50,836 nt of DNA, taken from a virus. Its lineage: Duplodnaviria > Caudoviricetes. Position numbers and translations under genes: made by a program. The stretch covers positions 1-50,836 of the IMG/VR virus record IMGVR_UViG_3300017937_000034. One strand, written 5' to 3'. The notes beneath the pieces are model-generated. The model was not told where the DNA came from. It worked only from the letters and a program-made list of their open reading frames with translations, and did not search any database. Of this stretch, positions 1 to 9,503 are shown piece after piece; positions within the stretch are counted from its first letter, which is position 1, and each line of letters begins with the position of its first letter.

Positions 1-1278
1 GGCCACGGCGTCGGCAAGACGTTCCTCGCTGCGATCTTGGTGCTGTGGTGGGTCATGACCCGGCCAGTGGGTGAAGCCCTGGTCATAACGACCGCACCAA
101 CCGACGAGCAGGTCAAGACGGTGCTCTGGCGAGAGCTCATGATCATGCACGAGAAGGCGGGTCTTCCCGGCAAGATCACGCTCGACGCCAAGTGGCACAT
201 CGGCTCGACGTTGGTGGCATTCGGCCGCAAGCCTGCTGATCACCGCTCATCCGCCCTCCAAGGTCACCATGCGAAGTACTTGCTGGTCATCGGCGACGAG
301 GCATCCGGCATCCCGTTCACGATCTGGGACCAGATGTCATCGCTGGCCTCCAACGCGAACGCCCGGCAACTGGCCATCGGCAACCCAACCGATCCGTCGT
401 CGCACTTCGCCAAGCTGTGTAAGCCCGGGTCGGGATGGAAGCGATTCAAGATCAGCGTGCTCGACTCCCCCAACCTCACCGGCGAGGCCGTCTCGGAGGA
501 CATGGCGGCGAAGCTGTCCGATGTCTCCTACATCAAGCAGGCCAAGATCGACTACGGCGAGGGCACCCCGCTGTACATCGCTCGTGTGCTCGGTCAGTTC
601 CCGAAGGTCAGCGACGACACGCTCATCCACCCTGGCTGGATCGAGGCAGCGCAGCTGCGGGACCTCCCTCGGTCGCATCGCCCCCGCTTGGCTGCGGACA
701 TCGCTCGCTTCGGCGCCGACAAGTCCGTCATCGGCCGGCGTGAGGGCGGTTGGTTCCGGGTCATCCACGAGCACGGCAAGGCCGACACGATGGAGACGAC
801 CGGCCACATCGTGCGAGTTCGCGAGGAGGTCAACGCCGAGCGCGACATCCAGGAGTACGCCGAACTCGTGATCGACGAGGTGGGCCTCGGCGCCGGCGTG
901 CTCGACCGACTGCACGAGCTCGACATCGATGCGGTCGGGTTCAACGGCGGCGAGAAGGCATACGACCCCGAGCGATACGTGAACCGCCGAGCCGAGCTGT
1001 GGTGGGCGGTGCGCGAGATGTTCGAACGCGGCGAGATCGACATCGATCCTCACGACGACGCACTGGCCGGTCAGCTGGGATCGATCAAGTGGACCGTCGA
1101 CAGCCGTAACCGCCGCAAGATTGAGTCCAAGGACGACATGCGCAAGCGAGGCGTCGGATCACCCGACCGCGGCGACACGTTGATGATGACCCTGGTCGAG
1201 GGCGGCAGCCTTGCCATCGACGTCGAGGAGCACACCGGCGGCACGATCACCGGCGATCTGCTCGATCGGGCCTGGTAA
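1..1278 (+). CDS. Terminase large subunit (5' truncated by window)
   Basis: Frame 1 is open from base 1 and reads GHGVGKT (Walker A). It also has LLVIGDEA (Walker B), a GNP coupling motif and nuclease-domain DIARFGADKS and SPDRGD. Confidence 0.93.
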   Translation, partial: GHGVGKTFLAAILVLWWVMTRPVGEALVITTAPTDEQVKTVLWRELMIMHEKAGLPGKITLDAKWHIGSTLVAFGRKPADHRSSALQGHHAKYLLVIGDEASGIPFTIWDQMSSLASNANARQLAIGNPTDPSSHFAKLCKPGSGWKRFKISVLDSPNLTGEAVSEDMAAKLSDVSYIKQAKIDYGEGTPLYIARVLGQFPKVSDDTLIHPGWIEAAQLRDLPRSHRPRLAADIARFGADKSVIGRREGGWFRVIHEHGKADTMETTGHIVRVREEVNAERDIQEYAELVIDEVGLGAGVLDRLHELDIDAVGFNGGEKAYDPERYVNRRAELWWAVREMFERGEIDIDPHDDALAGQLGSIKWTVDSRNRRKIESKDDMRKRGVGSPDRGDTLMMTLVEGGSLAIDVEEHTGGTITGDLLDRAW

Positions 1279-1322
1279 CCGGACTTGGTCATCGTGATCA
1301 AGTCGAACTAGCGTCGCGACCG

Positions 1323-1616
1323 ATGACCAGTACGGGCGGCTCCCACGACTCAGCAAGGCTCCATCTCGGACCCGTCGACGAAGATGCCGTCGACGTCGAA
1401 CTGCCATCTGCTGAGGAGCAGCTTGCCGCTCACAACGAGGCATACGTCGAGCCCGACCGGAGCGAGTGGGTTACCTGCATTCCCGCATGCCACTGGGCCG
1501 ATGATGGTTCCGACCCGGCCAGCGGGCGCATGACGCCTCGAGCCGAGCACGCCGAGGGTTGCCCTCACGCGGGCAGCAAGTACATCGAGTTCATCCCGGC
1601 GCCTGTCGGCGGCTGA
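1323..1616 (+). CDS. Hypothetical protein with Cys/His cluster
   Basis: 97 aa ORF with GC3-biased codons, following the terminase; CxxxCH and HxxxCxH motifs. Confidence 0.55.
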   Translation: MTSTGGSHDSARLHLGPVDEDAVDVELPSAEEQLAAHNEAYVEPDRSEWVTCIPACHWADDGSDPASGRMTPRAEHAEGCPHAGSKYIEFIPAPVGG

Positions 1617-1883
1617 TCACGGCGATTGATCCGACCGGCCGGCGGAGTCATCGGGCGATGCCCGACCTGCGCTGAGCGGCGACACCGGACGTTCAGCGCG
1701 ACGGAGCTCGACCAAGGTCTTCAGCACCTCAGGGTCCTGCGTCTTGTCGAAAGCGCGCCTGACCAACTGAATTTCGCTCTTGTCGCGGTCTCGCAATCGC
1801 CGCTCTCTAACCACCCAGACGACGCCGCGCAGGATAGGCGAAGCGAGTGAGGCCAGCGAGGCGATGATGAGGTAGTAGACCAC
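1617..1883 (-). CDS. Small membrane protein (moron-like)
   Basis: N-terminal hydrophobic helix; AGGAG SD upstream of GTG; antisense to the late operon. Confidence 0.55.
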   Translation of the reverse strand: MVYYLIIASLASLASPILRGVVWVVRERRLRDRDKSEIQLVRRAFDKTQDPEVLKTLVELRRAERPVSPLSAGRASPDDSAGRSDQSP

Positions 1884-2232
1884 GACGACTCCTAGTCACG
1901 CGTCCCACCGGGCTCGGATTCCGGTGTGACAGATGGCTGGGTATAAGTCGTGCTACTGCTGGTCCTGCTGCCTCGGTCGCATACGAGTTAATGATCGTGA
2001 TTTCGTTGATGACGGTGGCCTAGGCGTCCGAGCGCTTCGGCCTTCGGTATCTCGTATGCAGTTGAGGGTTGATCGATAAGGGTCTTGCGATATTTGTCCC
2101 TCATATTGCTCGACAGAGCGTCGAGCGGGCCCTTGCCCGGCACGATGGCCGGCGGACTTGGTTTAGAGAATACGCGATCATGGCCGCGTGCGCCACGGAA
2201 GTGAGCGTCGAGCGACCTAAGCTGCGCAGCGC

Positions 2233-4344
2233 ATGGCAGCTCCACCGCCTCCCGACCCAGACTTCGATCCGACGGTAGAGATCGGCACGCCCAACGCCGG
2301 CATCGCGCCGTGGTCGGCCTTCTACGACTCAACGGAGGACGTGGCCGAGCTCGCATGGCCGCGGTCGATCCAGGTCTACAACCGGATGCGCAACGACGAG
2401 CAGATCGCGGCGTTGCTGCTTTCGTTCATCCTGCCGATCCTTGGCTACCGCTGGTACATCAAGCCCAACGGTGCGCGAGACGAGGTCGTCGCTCACGTCG
2501 CCGGTGACTTCGGCATCCCGATCGAGGGCGCCGATCCGGACGAGCCGACCGGCCGCCAGCGCGACAAGTTCAACTTCAGTGATTACCTACGCCACTCGAT
2601 GCTGAAGCTCTCGCTCGGCTTCATGATGTTCGAGCAGGTCTACCGACTCGGCGACGACCAAAAGCTCCACGTTCGAAAGCTCGCGCCCCGCCTGCCAGGC
2701 AGCATCAGCCAGGTTCAAGCCGACCGCGACGGCGGCCTGATGTACGTGCGGCAGTACCCATCCGGCTACAGCGGAGACCCTCTCTACGTCCCCACACCGA
2801 CGGTGCTCGGCAACGTTTCGATCTTCGGAGCCAACGCGACCAACCTCGTTATCCCTGTGGACCGGCTTGTCGCCCACGTCTGCGACAAGGAGGGCGGCAA
2901 CTGGTACGGCAAGCCCTGGACCAGGGCGGTGTACCGGAACTGGCTCATCAAGGATCGCCTCATCCGGGTTGACGCGCTGAAGCACGAGCGCAACGGCATG
3001 GGCATCCCAACCGGCAGAACCCAGCAAGGCGTCACGCAGAAGGCTCTAGACACTCTGCTTCGGATCGTCACAAAGTGGAAGGCCGGCGAGAACTCTGCCG
3101 CAGCGCTTCCGCCCGGCACCGACATCGAGCTCAAGGGTGTCCAAGGCACGCTGCCTGACACGCTGTCGAGCATCAGGTACCACGACGAGCAGATGGCCCG
3201 TCGCTTCGTAGCGATGTTCATGCCGCTCGGCTCGACCCAAAGCGGCTCGCGCGCTCTCGGCGAGACCTTTGTCGATTTCTTCGGCCTCGCCCAGGAGTCG
3301 GTCGCTAAGGAGTTCGCCGAGACCACGACGAAGTACGCGATCGAGGACTTGATCGACCTCAACTACGGGATCGACGAGGGGGCGCCCATTCTCGAGTTCC
3401 GCGCCGAGAGCGACCGCGCACTCCCAACGACGGACCTGGTGAACATGGTGAACGCACACATCATCACAGCGGACAGTGAGCTCGAGGACTACGTCCGGGC
3501 CGAGCATGACCTTCCAGCCAAGGCTGATCCAGGCGACTCGGCTCCTCCCGAACCGGAACCCGACCCAAACGCCCCGCCTCAGCAGCGGGACCCATCCGAA
3601 GTCGAACAGCAGTCGAAGGTCGACTTCGCTGGGCTGAAAGAGGAGTTCAACTCGGCTCTCACGCAGCTCGTCTCCGACTGGAACGCTCAGGTCAAGCCGG
3701 GGCAGATCGACGAGCTAGTGGCGCTCATCGGCGGGCTGGCAGCTGACGACCTCGAGGGTCTGGCGAGCATCCAAGCGACGCCCACCGGGGCCGATGTGGT
3801 CGACACTGCGATGACGTCGCTAGCTGCCAAGGCTGCTGACCGAGCAACACAGGAGATCAAGGACCAGGGCGTCGACCTGAATGCTCCGGACCTAACCGAT
3901 CTCAACGCTGCCCTGACGAGCCGCGCCAGTGCACTCGAGACGCTCATGGCCCGATCCATCTCGACGGCCGCAGCTGATCGAGCGCTCAGCCAGACGGGCG
4001 GCAGTCTGACGTCGACAGAGATCGCCCAGGACGTTGGCGCTCATCTCCGCAGCCTTACGGACTCATATCTGAACGACGAGTTCGGCGGCGCACTGATGCA
4101 TGCACAGAATGGCGCTCGATTCGCCGTCTTCGACCTTGTCGACAACAAAGAGCTGTACGCATCGGAGCTGGAAGACACTAATACATGCGAGCCATGTGGC
4201 GAGGTAGACGGCACCAAGTACGCGAGTGTCGAAGAAGCGAAGCGGGACTATCCCGCGGGCTATCGCCTCTGTCTTGGCGGCCGAAAGTGTCGCGGGACTC
4301 CGGTCGCCATCGCCAGCAGCGAGTCGGCACCTTCCGTCCAATGA
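2233..4344 (+). CDS. Portal protein (Mu gp29/DUF935-like) fused to a MuF-like minor head domain
   Basis: Position after terminase; portal-like ERNGMGIP and GSRALGETF; Pro-rich linker; C-terminal DTNTCEPC...CLGGRKCRG. Confidence 0.85.
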   Translation: MAAPPPPDPDFDPTVEIGTPNAGIAPWSAFYDSTEDVAELAWPRSIQVYNRMRNDEQIAALLLSFILPILGYRWYIKPNGARDEVVAHVAGDFGIPIEGADPDEPTGRQRDKFNFSDYLRHSMLKLSLGFMMFEQVYRLGDDQKLHVRKLAPRLPGSISQVQADRDGGLMYVRQYPSGYSGDPLYVPTPTVLGNVSIFGANATNLVIPVDRLVAHVCDKEGGNWYGKPWTRAVYRNWLIKDRLIRVDALKHERNGMGIPTGRTQQGVTQKALDTLLRIVTKWKAGENSAAALPPGTDIELKGVQGTLPDTLSSIRYHDEQMARRFVAMFMPLGSTQSGSRALGETFVDFFGLAQESVAKEFAETTTKYAIEDLIDLNYGIDEGAPILEFRAESDRALPTTDLVNMVNAHIITADSELEDYVRAEHDLPAKADPGDSAPPEPEPDPNAPPQQRDPSEVEQQSKVDFAGLKEEFNSALTQLVSDWNAQVKPGQIDELVALIGGLAADDLEGLASIQATPTGADVVDTAMTSLAAKAADRATQEIKDQGVDLNAPDLTDLNAALTSRASALETLMARSISTAAADRALSQTGGSLTSTEIAQDVGAHLRSLTDSYLNDEFGGALMHAQNGARFAVFDLVDNKELYASELEDTNTCEPCGEVDGTKYASVEEAKRDYPAGYRLCLGGRKCRGTPVAIASSESAPSVQ

Positions 4345-4417
4345 CCAGCACGCGAGCCGTGAGCGCGCCAGACTAGGCCCGGTTTCACCAGCAGGACCAG
4401 CAGGAGCACAACTTCAT

Positions 4418-5821
4418 ATGCCCGACCACCGTCATATCGATCTCAGCCAGAACCAGCGTTCGGCACCGACGTACCGCTTCCTTGGACACGTGTCACCCAG
4501 TGAGCGCACACGAACGCCCTTGCTCGAGGACACGACCACCGAAGACCCGGCGACTGGTGACGGGGCCGACCCAAGCGGTGACCCGACGCTGGCAGTAATC
4601 CGTCTCTACGACGCGATCGACTCATGGGGTGGCATGTGGGGTGTCTCCTCGGGTGAGTTCATCGATGCACTCGACAGTCTGAGCGACAGCGTCGAGACCA
4701 TCGAGCTCCACATAAACTCCCCCGGCGGCGAGGTCTGGGAAGCGATCGCGATGTACAACGCTCTCGTTGACCACCCGGCGGCCGTCAACGTGATCGTGGA
4801 TGGCTTGGCTGCTTCGGCGGCGAGTCTCGTGGCCATGGCGGGCGACACCATCACGATGAACACCGCCACGCAGATGATGATCCACGACGCGTGGACATTG
4901 GCGATCGGCAATCCATCTGAGCTACTCGACACTGCGACGAAGCTCGACGCCCTCTGCAACAACGTCGCACAGATCTATGCCGACCAGGCCGGCGGTAAGG
5001 CCAAGGACTGGCGCAACGCCATGCAAGCCGAGACGTGGTACAGCCCTAAAGAGGCTGTGGATGCGGGTCTCGCGACGACGGTCGCCAAGAAGCAGAAGTC
5101 GAGCAACAACGGCGCTCAGAACAAGTTCGACTTGTCGATCTTCAACTACGCGGGACGTGAGCACGCACCGGCTCCGTCGCTTGACACCAAGATCGGAAAA
5201 TCTCGGGCTAACCTGCGCGACAGTTCCAAGAAAGTCCAGCAGGAGAACAAGCGAGTGGATTCAGCTCAACTTGAAGTGATCGGACTCGACGAAGACGCAA
5301 CCGACGACGAGGTCACTGCTCGCCTTCAAGAGTTGGTAGCGAACCAAGCCGAGACAACCAATGGCGACGGCGACGAGGCTGACAAGGCCACGGAAGCCGA
5401 AGCCGACAAGACCGGCAACGACGACGACAAGACGTCGGACGGCACCGAAGGTGCTCAGGCATCCTTCTCCGCTCCCAAGGGCACCGTCCTCGTGGACGAA
5501 GCCCAGTGGGCCGCCGTTCAGAACGGCATCAGAGACCTCAACCAGATGAAGGCGGATGCGGCCAAGAAGGACCGTGACGACTACCTGGTTGCCGCGATGA
5601 GCGAAGGCAAGTTCCCGCCCGCTTCCCGCCAGCACTACGAAGCGCTGTGGGACTCGAATCCGCAGGGCACCAAGGCGCTGATCGACTCGCTCGCCAAGAA
5701 CACCGTCCCGGTCCAAGCCGTGGGACGTGGCGATGACGCTGCAGGCAACGCCGATGAGGACAGCGGCTACCCCGACAGCTGGAAGAACTCGCTCATCCCG
5801 CAACAAGGAGCCCGCCGGTAA
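4418..5821 (+). CDS. ClpP-type head maturation protease fused to scaffold
   Basis: INSPGGEV, GLAASAAS (catalytic Ser), MMIHDAW and AETWYS; acidic C-terminal scaffold. Start placed at ATG 4418 after an AGGAG SD. Confidence 0.88.
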   Translation: MPDHRHIDLSQNQRSAPTYRFLGHVSPSERTRTPLLEDTTTEDPATGDGADPSGDPTLAVIRLYDAIDSWGGMWGVSSGEFIDALDSLSDSVETIELHINSPGGEVWEAIAMYNALVDHPAAVNVIVDGLAASAASLVAMAGDTITMNTATQMMIHDAWTLAIGNPSELLDTATKLDALCNNVAQIYADQAGGKAKDWRNAMQAETWYSPKEAVDAGLATTVAKKQKSSNNGAQNKFDLSIFNYAGREHAPAPSLDTKIGKSRANLRDSSKKVQQENKRVDSAQLEVIGLDEDATDDEVTARLQELVANQAETTNGDGDEADKATEAEADKTGNDDDKTSDGTEGAQASFSAPKGTVLVDEAQWAAVQNGIRDLNQMKADAAKKDRDDYLVAAMSEGKFPPASRQHYEALWDSNPQGTKALIDSLAKNTVPVQAVGRGDDAAGNADEDSGYPDSWKNSLIPQQGARR

Positions 5822-6225
5822 TGCAGAACGAATGCGTCCCCCTCTTCCGTGGTGGCCAGCCAGACCTCTCCGGTCGTGCCACCGCTCCAATCGTCGCCGG
5901 CACCTTCGTTGCCATCGCTGGCACTCCGACCTCTGGTCCCGGTCTGAACACTTCAACTGACGGCAGCGACCTCCAGATCGTCACCGCCACAGCAGCCGGG
6001 GACTCCCTCGGCGTTGCCGCTACAGACGCGACCACCGGCGCCCTGATCCCTGTACTTCGGCCGGGAAACGTCGTTCCGATGATCGCCAATGGCGCCATCA
6101 CGGCGGGCCAGCGTGTCGAAGTCGGTACAGGTGGCAAGCCGCGCGTCCTCGCATCAGGCATCGCACGCGGCAAGGCCACGACAACCGCAGCCGATACCGC
6201 AACCGTCTACATCGAGATCATCTAG
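5821..6225 (+). CDS. Head decoration/capsid cement protein (DUF2190-like)
   Basis: Small Gly/Ala/Thr-rich beta protein (GVAATDA, GAITAGQRV) between scaffold and capsid genes. Confidence 0.75.
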   Translation: MQNECVPLFRGGQPDLSGRATAPIVAGTFVAIAGTPTSGPGLNTSTDGSDLQIVTATAAGDSLGVAATDATTGALIPVLRPGNVVPMIANGAITAGQRVEVGTGGKPRVLASGIARGKATTTAADTATVYIEII

Positions 6226-6234
6226 GGGAATTCG

Positions 6235-7161
6235 TTGGCAACAGCAACCACCACTTATCCGCTCGATCCGGCGACCGTAACTAACGGGACCCAGATCACT
6301 GCCGACATCCTGGTCAATGACCCGACGAGGATCAACCGGTACCTGACCGACTACTTCACGATCAACCGTGAGCGGTTCCTGCTCGACCTGATCTTCGACA
6401 ACCAGGGCGGCATGAGCGGCGGCGCAGTGATCTACGAAGCGCAGACCCTCAACGCCTTCTACGCAACGCGTGACGTCCAGGAAGTCGCCCCCGGGTCAGC
6501 CTTCCCGCTTGTCACGTTCCAGCGTCAACAGGTCGGCATGGCGAGTCCACGCAAGTGGGGTGGCCAGTTCGAGTACACCTACGAGGCTCGGGACCGCAAC
6601 AACTTGCGCGACCTGAACCGCAAGACGGTGCAGCTCGCCAACACCATCATCCGCAAGATCAACCTGGTCGCCATCCAAGCCCTGAACGACGCGATCACAA
6701 GCCTGTCTGGCGCAGCCAACTTCACGGGTAACAACTGGACCACGGCAATCCCCCGTGGTGCCACGCCGACGGCGCCGCCTCTGACACCGATCGCCGACAT
6801 CTCGGAAGTCTTCGTGATCAACGACCAGCGAGAGCTGGGCATTGTCTACGACACGCTCATCCTTCATCCGCTCGACATGCAGTCGCTGCGTCTCTACTAC
6901 GGCTCAGACGCCGAGGTGCGCGCAGCACTGGCCGACTACGGCATCGACACCATCTTCATCACCATCCAGGTGCCCGCCGGCACGGTTTACGCCGTCGCTG
7001 GTCGCGGTCAGGTTGGTGCTTACAACGTGGAGCAGCCGCTTCAGACGGTCGCTCCGGAAGACCAACTGTTGGAGAAGTACACGGTCAAGTCATCGGTTCG
7101 CCCGGCGATCTACGTGGACAACCCCTACGCAGTCATCAAGATCACGGGGGTACGTGGCTAA
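6235..7161 (+). CDS. Major capsid protein
   Basis: 308 aa; synteny; EVAPGSAFP, KWGG...EARDRN and DTLILHP motifs typical of actinophage capsids. Confidence 0.85.
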   Translation: MATATTTYPLDPATVTNGTQITADILVNDPTRINRYLTDYFTINRERFLLDLIFDNQGGMSGGAVIYEAQTLNAFYATRDVQEVAPGSAFPLVTFQRQQVGMASPRKWGGQFEYTYEARDRNNLRDLNRKTVQLANTIIRKINLVAIQALNDAITSLSGAANFTGNNWTTAIPRGATPTAPPLTPIADISEVFVINDQRELGIVYDTLILHPLDMQSLRLYYGSDAEVRAALADYGIDTIFITIQVPAGTVYAVAGRGQVGAYNVEQPLQTVAPEDQLLEKYTVKSSVRPAIYVDNPYAVIKITGVRG

Positions 7162-7727
7162 TGCCCAAACATCAGATCAAGTTCGCCGCCGCTCGATACA
7201 CAAATCAAGCGGGCCAGGTGGTCGTAGCGCACCGCGGCGAGGTCGTCGACCTTCCTGAACAAGAGGCAAAGCGTCTGGACGCCCTCGGTGCTCTCGCGGG
7301 CCCCGACGAGGAGCTTGAGGCACCCGGAGACCTTCTGCCGCTCGACGAGGGAGCGTCGGACGACGCCATCGAGAACTACCTCTCGTCGGGGACCACAGAA
7401 GAAATCCTCAACCAGGTGGACAGCTATCCGGCCTCGCTGATCGAGAAGCTGCTCGTCGCAGAGCGCAACGGCCGCATCCGACGCGCGTTGTTGGAAGGTC
7501 TCAATGCTCGAGTCGGCAGCGGTACTGCCGCGAAGGCCAGCAAGACGTCCGCACTCTCGCCTGATGATGACTTCGACGGCTTCGTGAATGCATCCAACGC
7601 CAAAGAAGTCCTCGACTGGGTGGGTAGCGACGTCGAACGTGCCCAACAAGCTTTGGATGTCGAAGAGTCCGCGGAGAAGCCCCGAAAGGGTCTTGTCGAG
7701 GCACTCACCAAGCTCGCCGAGGGCTAA
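7161..7727 (+). CDS. Hypothetical head-associated protein with two similar helical repeats
   Basis: Coupled to the capsid stop; EKLLVAERNGRIRRALLEGL resembles QQALDVEESAEKPRKGLVEAL. Confidence 0.7.
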   Translation: MPKHQIKFAAARYTNQAGQVVVAHRGEVVDLPEQEAKRLDALGALAGPDEELEAPGDLLPLDEGASDDAIENYLSSGTTEEILNQVDSYPASLIEKLLVAERNGRIRRALLEGLNARVGSGTAAKASKTSALSPDDDFDGFVNASNAKEVLDWVGSDVERAQQALDVEESAEKPRKGLVEALTKLAEG

Positions 7728-8192
7728 GTGGACCGGGCTGACTGGGCCCCAAGTCCTGCCGACGTTGGCGCCGTCATCCGTGCACGCACCAAGACGAGTG
7801 TGGGCGATGAGCCGGGCACCTTCAACAGCAACACCCGACCCACTGGCGATCAGTGCTGGGACCTCATCGACACGGCGATGTCTGACATCGCGGCCGAGAT
7901 GGGCGACATCCCCGATCTAGTTCAGGACAACGCCCGACGCGTCGCAGCTCTCGGCGCTGCTTGCCTCGTGGAGCTCTCGTTCTACCCCGAACAGATCAAC
8001 AGTGGCCGGTCCCCATATCCACAGATCAAGGCCTGGTACGACGCCGCGTTTGCGCGCCTGAAGATGCAAGTCGCCAACGCCAACGATGACGGCGTCATCG
8101 AAGACGACACCGACCTGATGGCCGAGTCCAGCTTCCCTGACGTAGACCCGTGCGACCCGAACGCCATCGTTGGGTGGTCGAGCCGTTGGTAA
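7728..8192 (+). CDS. Head-to-tail adaptor
   Basis: Synteny; GTFNSNTRPT and ELSFYPEQ motifs seen in actinophage adaptors. Confidence 0.7.
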   Translation: MDRADWAPSPADVGAVIRARTKTSVGDEPGTFNSNTRPTGDQCWDLIDTAMSDIAAEMGDIPDLVQDNARRVAALGAACLVELSFYPEQINSGRSPYPQIKAWYDAAFARLKMQVANANDDGVIEDDTDLMAESSFPDVDPCDPNAIVGWSSRW

Positions 8193-8674
8193 CCGTCTCC
8201 TTCGCTGTGTTCGGCGACAAGCAGGTCGAGCGCGATCTGCTCCGCATGAGCGACAACGCTCGTGATCTGATCCCTGCGTATCGCAAGATGCACGAGAGCT
8301 TCCTGAACATCGAACGCAGGCAGTTCGATACCGATGGAGCCAGCGGCTCCGGCGGCTGGGCGCCACTGAAGCCGGCCACGATCCGTCGGAAGGTCTCGAG
8401 GGGACAGGACGCAACGCACATCCTTCGTGCCGCAGACGTTCTCCGACGATCGTTGGTCAACGCGACGGCGCCGGGACACATCGCCCGCATGGAGGTGGGC
8501 AGCTTCTTCTTCGGCACGAGCGACGAGAAGGCACCCTTCCACCAGCACGGCACTCGCCGCATGCCACAACGCAAGGTCGTCGAGCTCACCGAGACTCAGC
8601 GTCGTGCGTGGGTGCGCATCATCCAGAAGCACCTGGTCGACGCGCCTGACGACGGCTCGGACTTGAACGCATGA
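8186..8674 (+). CDS. Virion morphogenesis protein (Mu gpG-like)
   Basis: F.TDG...WAPLKPAT and APFHQHGTRRMPQR motifs; TTG start at 8186 inferred. Confidence 0.78.
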   Translation: MVTVSFAVFGDKQVERDLLRMSDNARDLIPAYRKMHESFLNIERRQFDTDGASGSGGWAPLKPATIRRKVSRGQDATHILRAADVLRRSLVNATAPGHIARMEVGSFFFGTSDEKAPFHQHGTRRMPQRKVVELTETQRRAWVRIIQKHLVDAPDDGSDLNA

Positions 8675-9288
8675 GCATCTACGGCCCGATTGTCACCAGC
8701 CCCGATGTCTCTGACGCTGTCCAGTCCTTTCTACAGCTCTGGATGCCCGCGTACCTCGGTGAGATCGGTGCGCAGCACAAACTTCCACGGTCGGGCGACG
8801 GGTCACTCCCGACGATTCGGCAGTGGGCCAAGTCGTCGTCTGGCCTCGACGAGCTCATCGAGTCGTTTCAGCTCCCGGCGTGCGCCATCGTCTGCCCCGG
8901 CATCACCGGTGGCATCGAGGAACGAGGTGATGGCTCCATCAGTGCGGAGTTCGCCGTCGGTCTTGCCTTCGTCGTCTCCGCGCGCACGCAGGACGAGACG
9001 AACACGCTCCTTGGCTATTACGTCGCCGCTGCTCGCAGCGCGGTCCTCCAGCACAAGTCACTCGGCGGGTTCGCCACTGGCGTGCGATGGGTCGACGAGC
9101 GGTTGGACCAACTCAATCCCATCGAATCGCGAACGCTCGCCGGCGGCGAAGTAAATCTCGGGGTCCGCGTAAACGCGGTGCTAAATTCCCACGCAGGCCC
9201 GCCAACGCCACCCGATGATCCGTATGCCGATCCAGGCGAAGCGGCAACGGTGGAAACGGCCGAAGTGGTCACAGAAAGACTTGCATGA
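8671..9288 (+). CDS. Tail terminator/completion protein (putative)
   Basis: ATGA overlap with the previous gene; position before the sheath gene. Confidence 0.6.
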   Translation: MSIYGPIVTSPDVSDAVQSFLQLWMPAYLGEIGAQHKLPRSGDGSLPTIRQWAKSSSGLDELIESFQLPACAIVCPGITGGIEERGDGSISAEFAVGLAFVVSARTQDETNTLLGYYVAAARSAVLQHKSLGGFATGVRWVDERLDQLNPIESRTLAGGEVNLGVRVNAVLNSHAGPPTPPDDPYADPGEAATVETAEVVTERLA

Positions 9289-9503
9289 TCAAAGTTCAAA
9301 ACGTCGCTCCATACGCCATCGAGACGCCCACGGGGACGATCGAAAGCGCGCACACCGGCGACGTCGAGTCGCTCGACTCGGTTGCTGGTCTTCTGGCCGC
9401 TGGACTGCTCGTCGAGGTTGACGACAGTCCCGACGGCCCACCGGAGCCAGCAAAGACCGCTACACAGCCGTCGCGGCGACACGCGAAAGCAGATACCAAA
9501 TGA
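9285..9503 (+). CDS. Small hypothetical protein
   Basis: ATGA overlaps on both sides. Confidence 0.65.
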   Translation: MIKVQNVAPYAIETPTGTIESAHTGDVESLDSVAGLLAAGLLVEVDDSPDGPPEPAKTATQPSRRHAKADTK

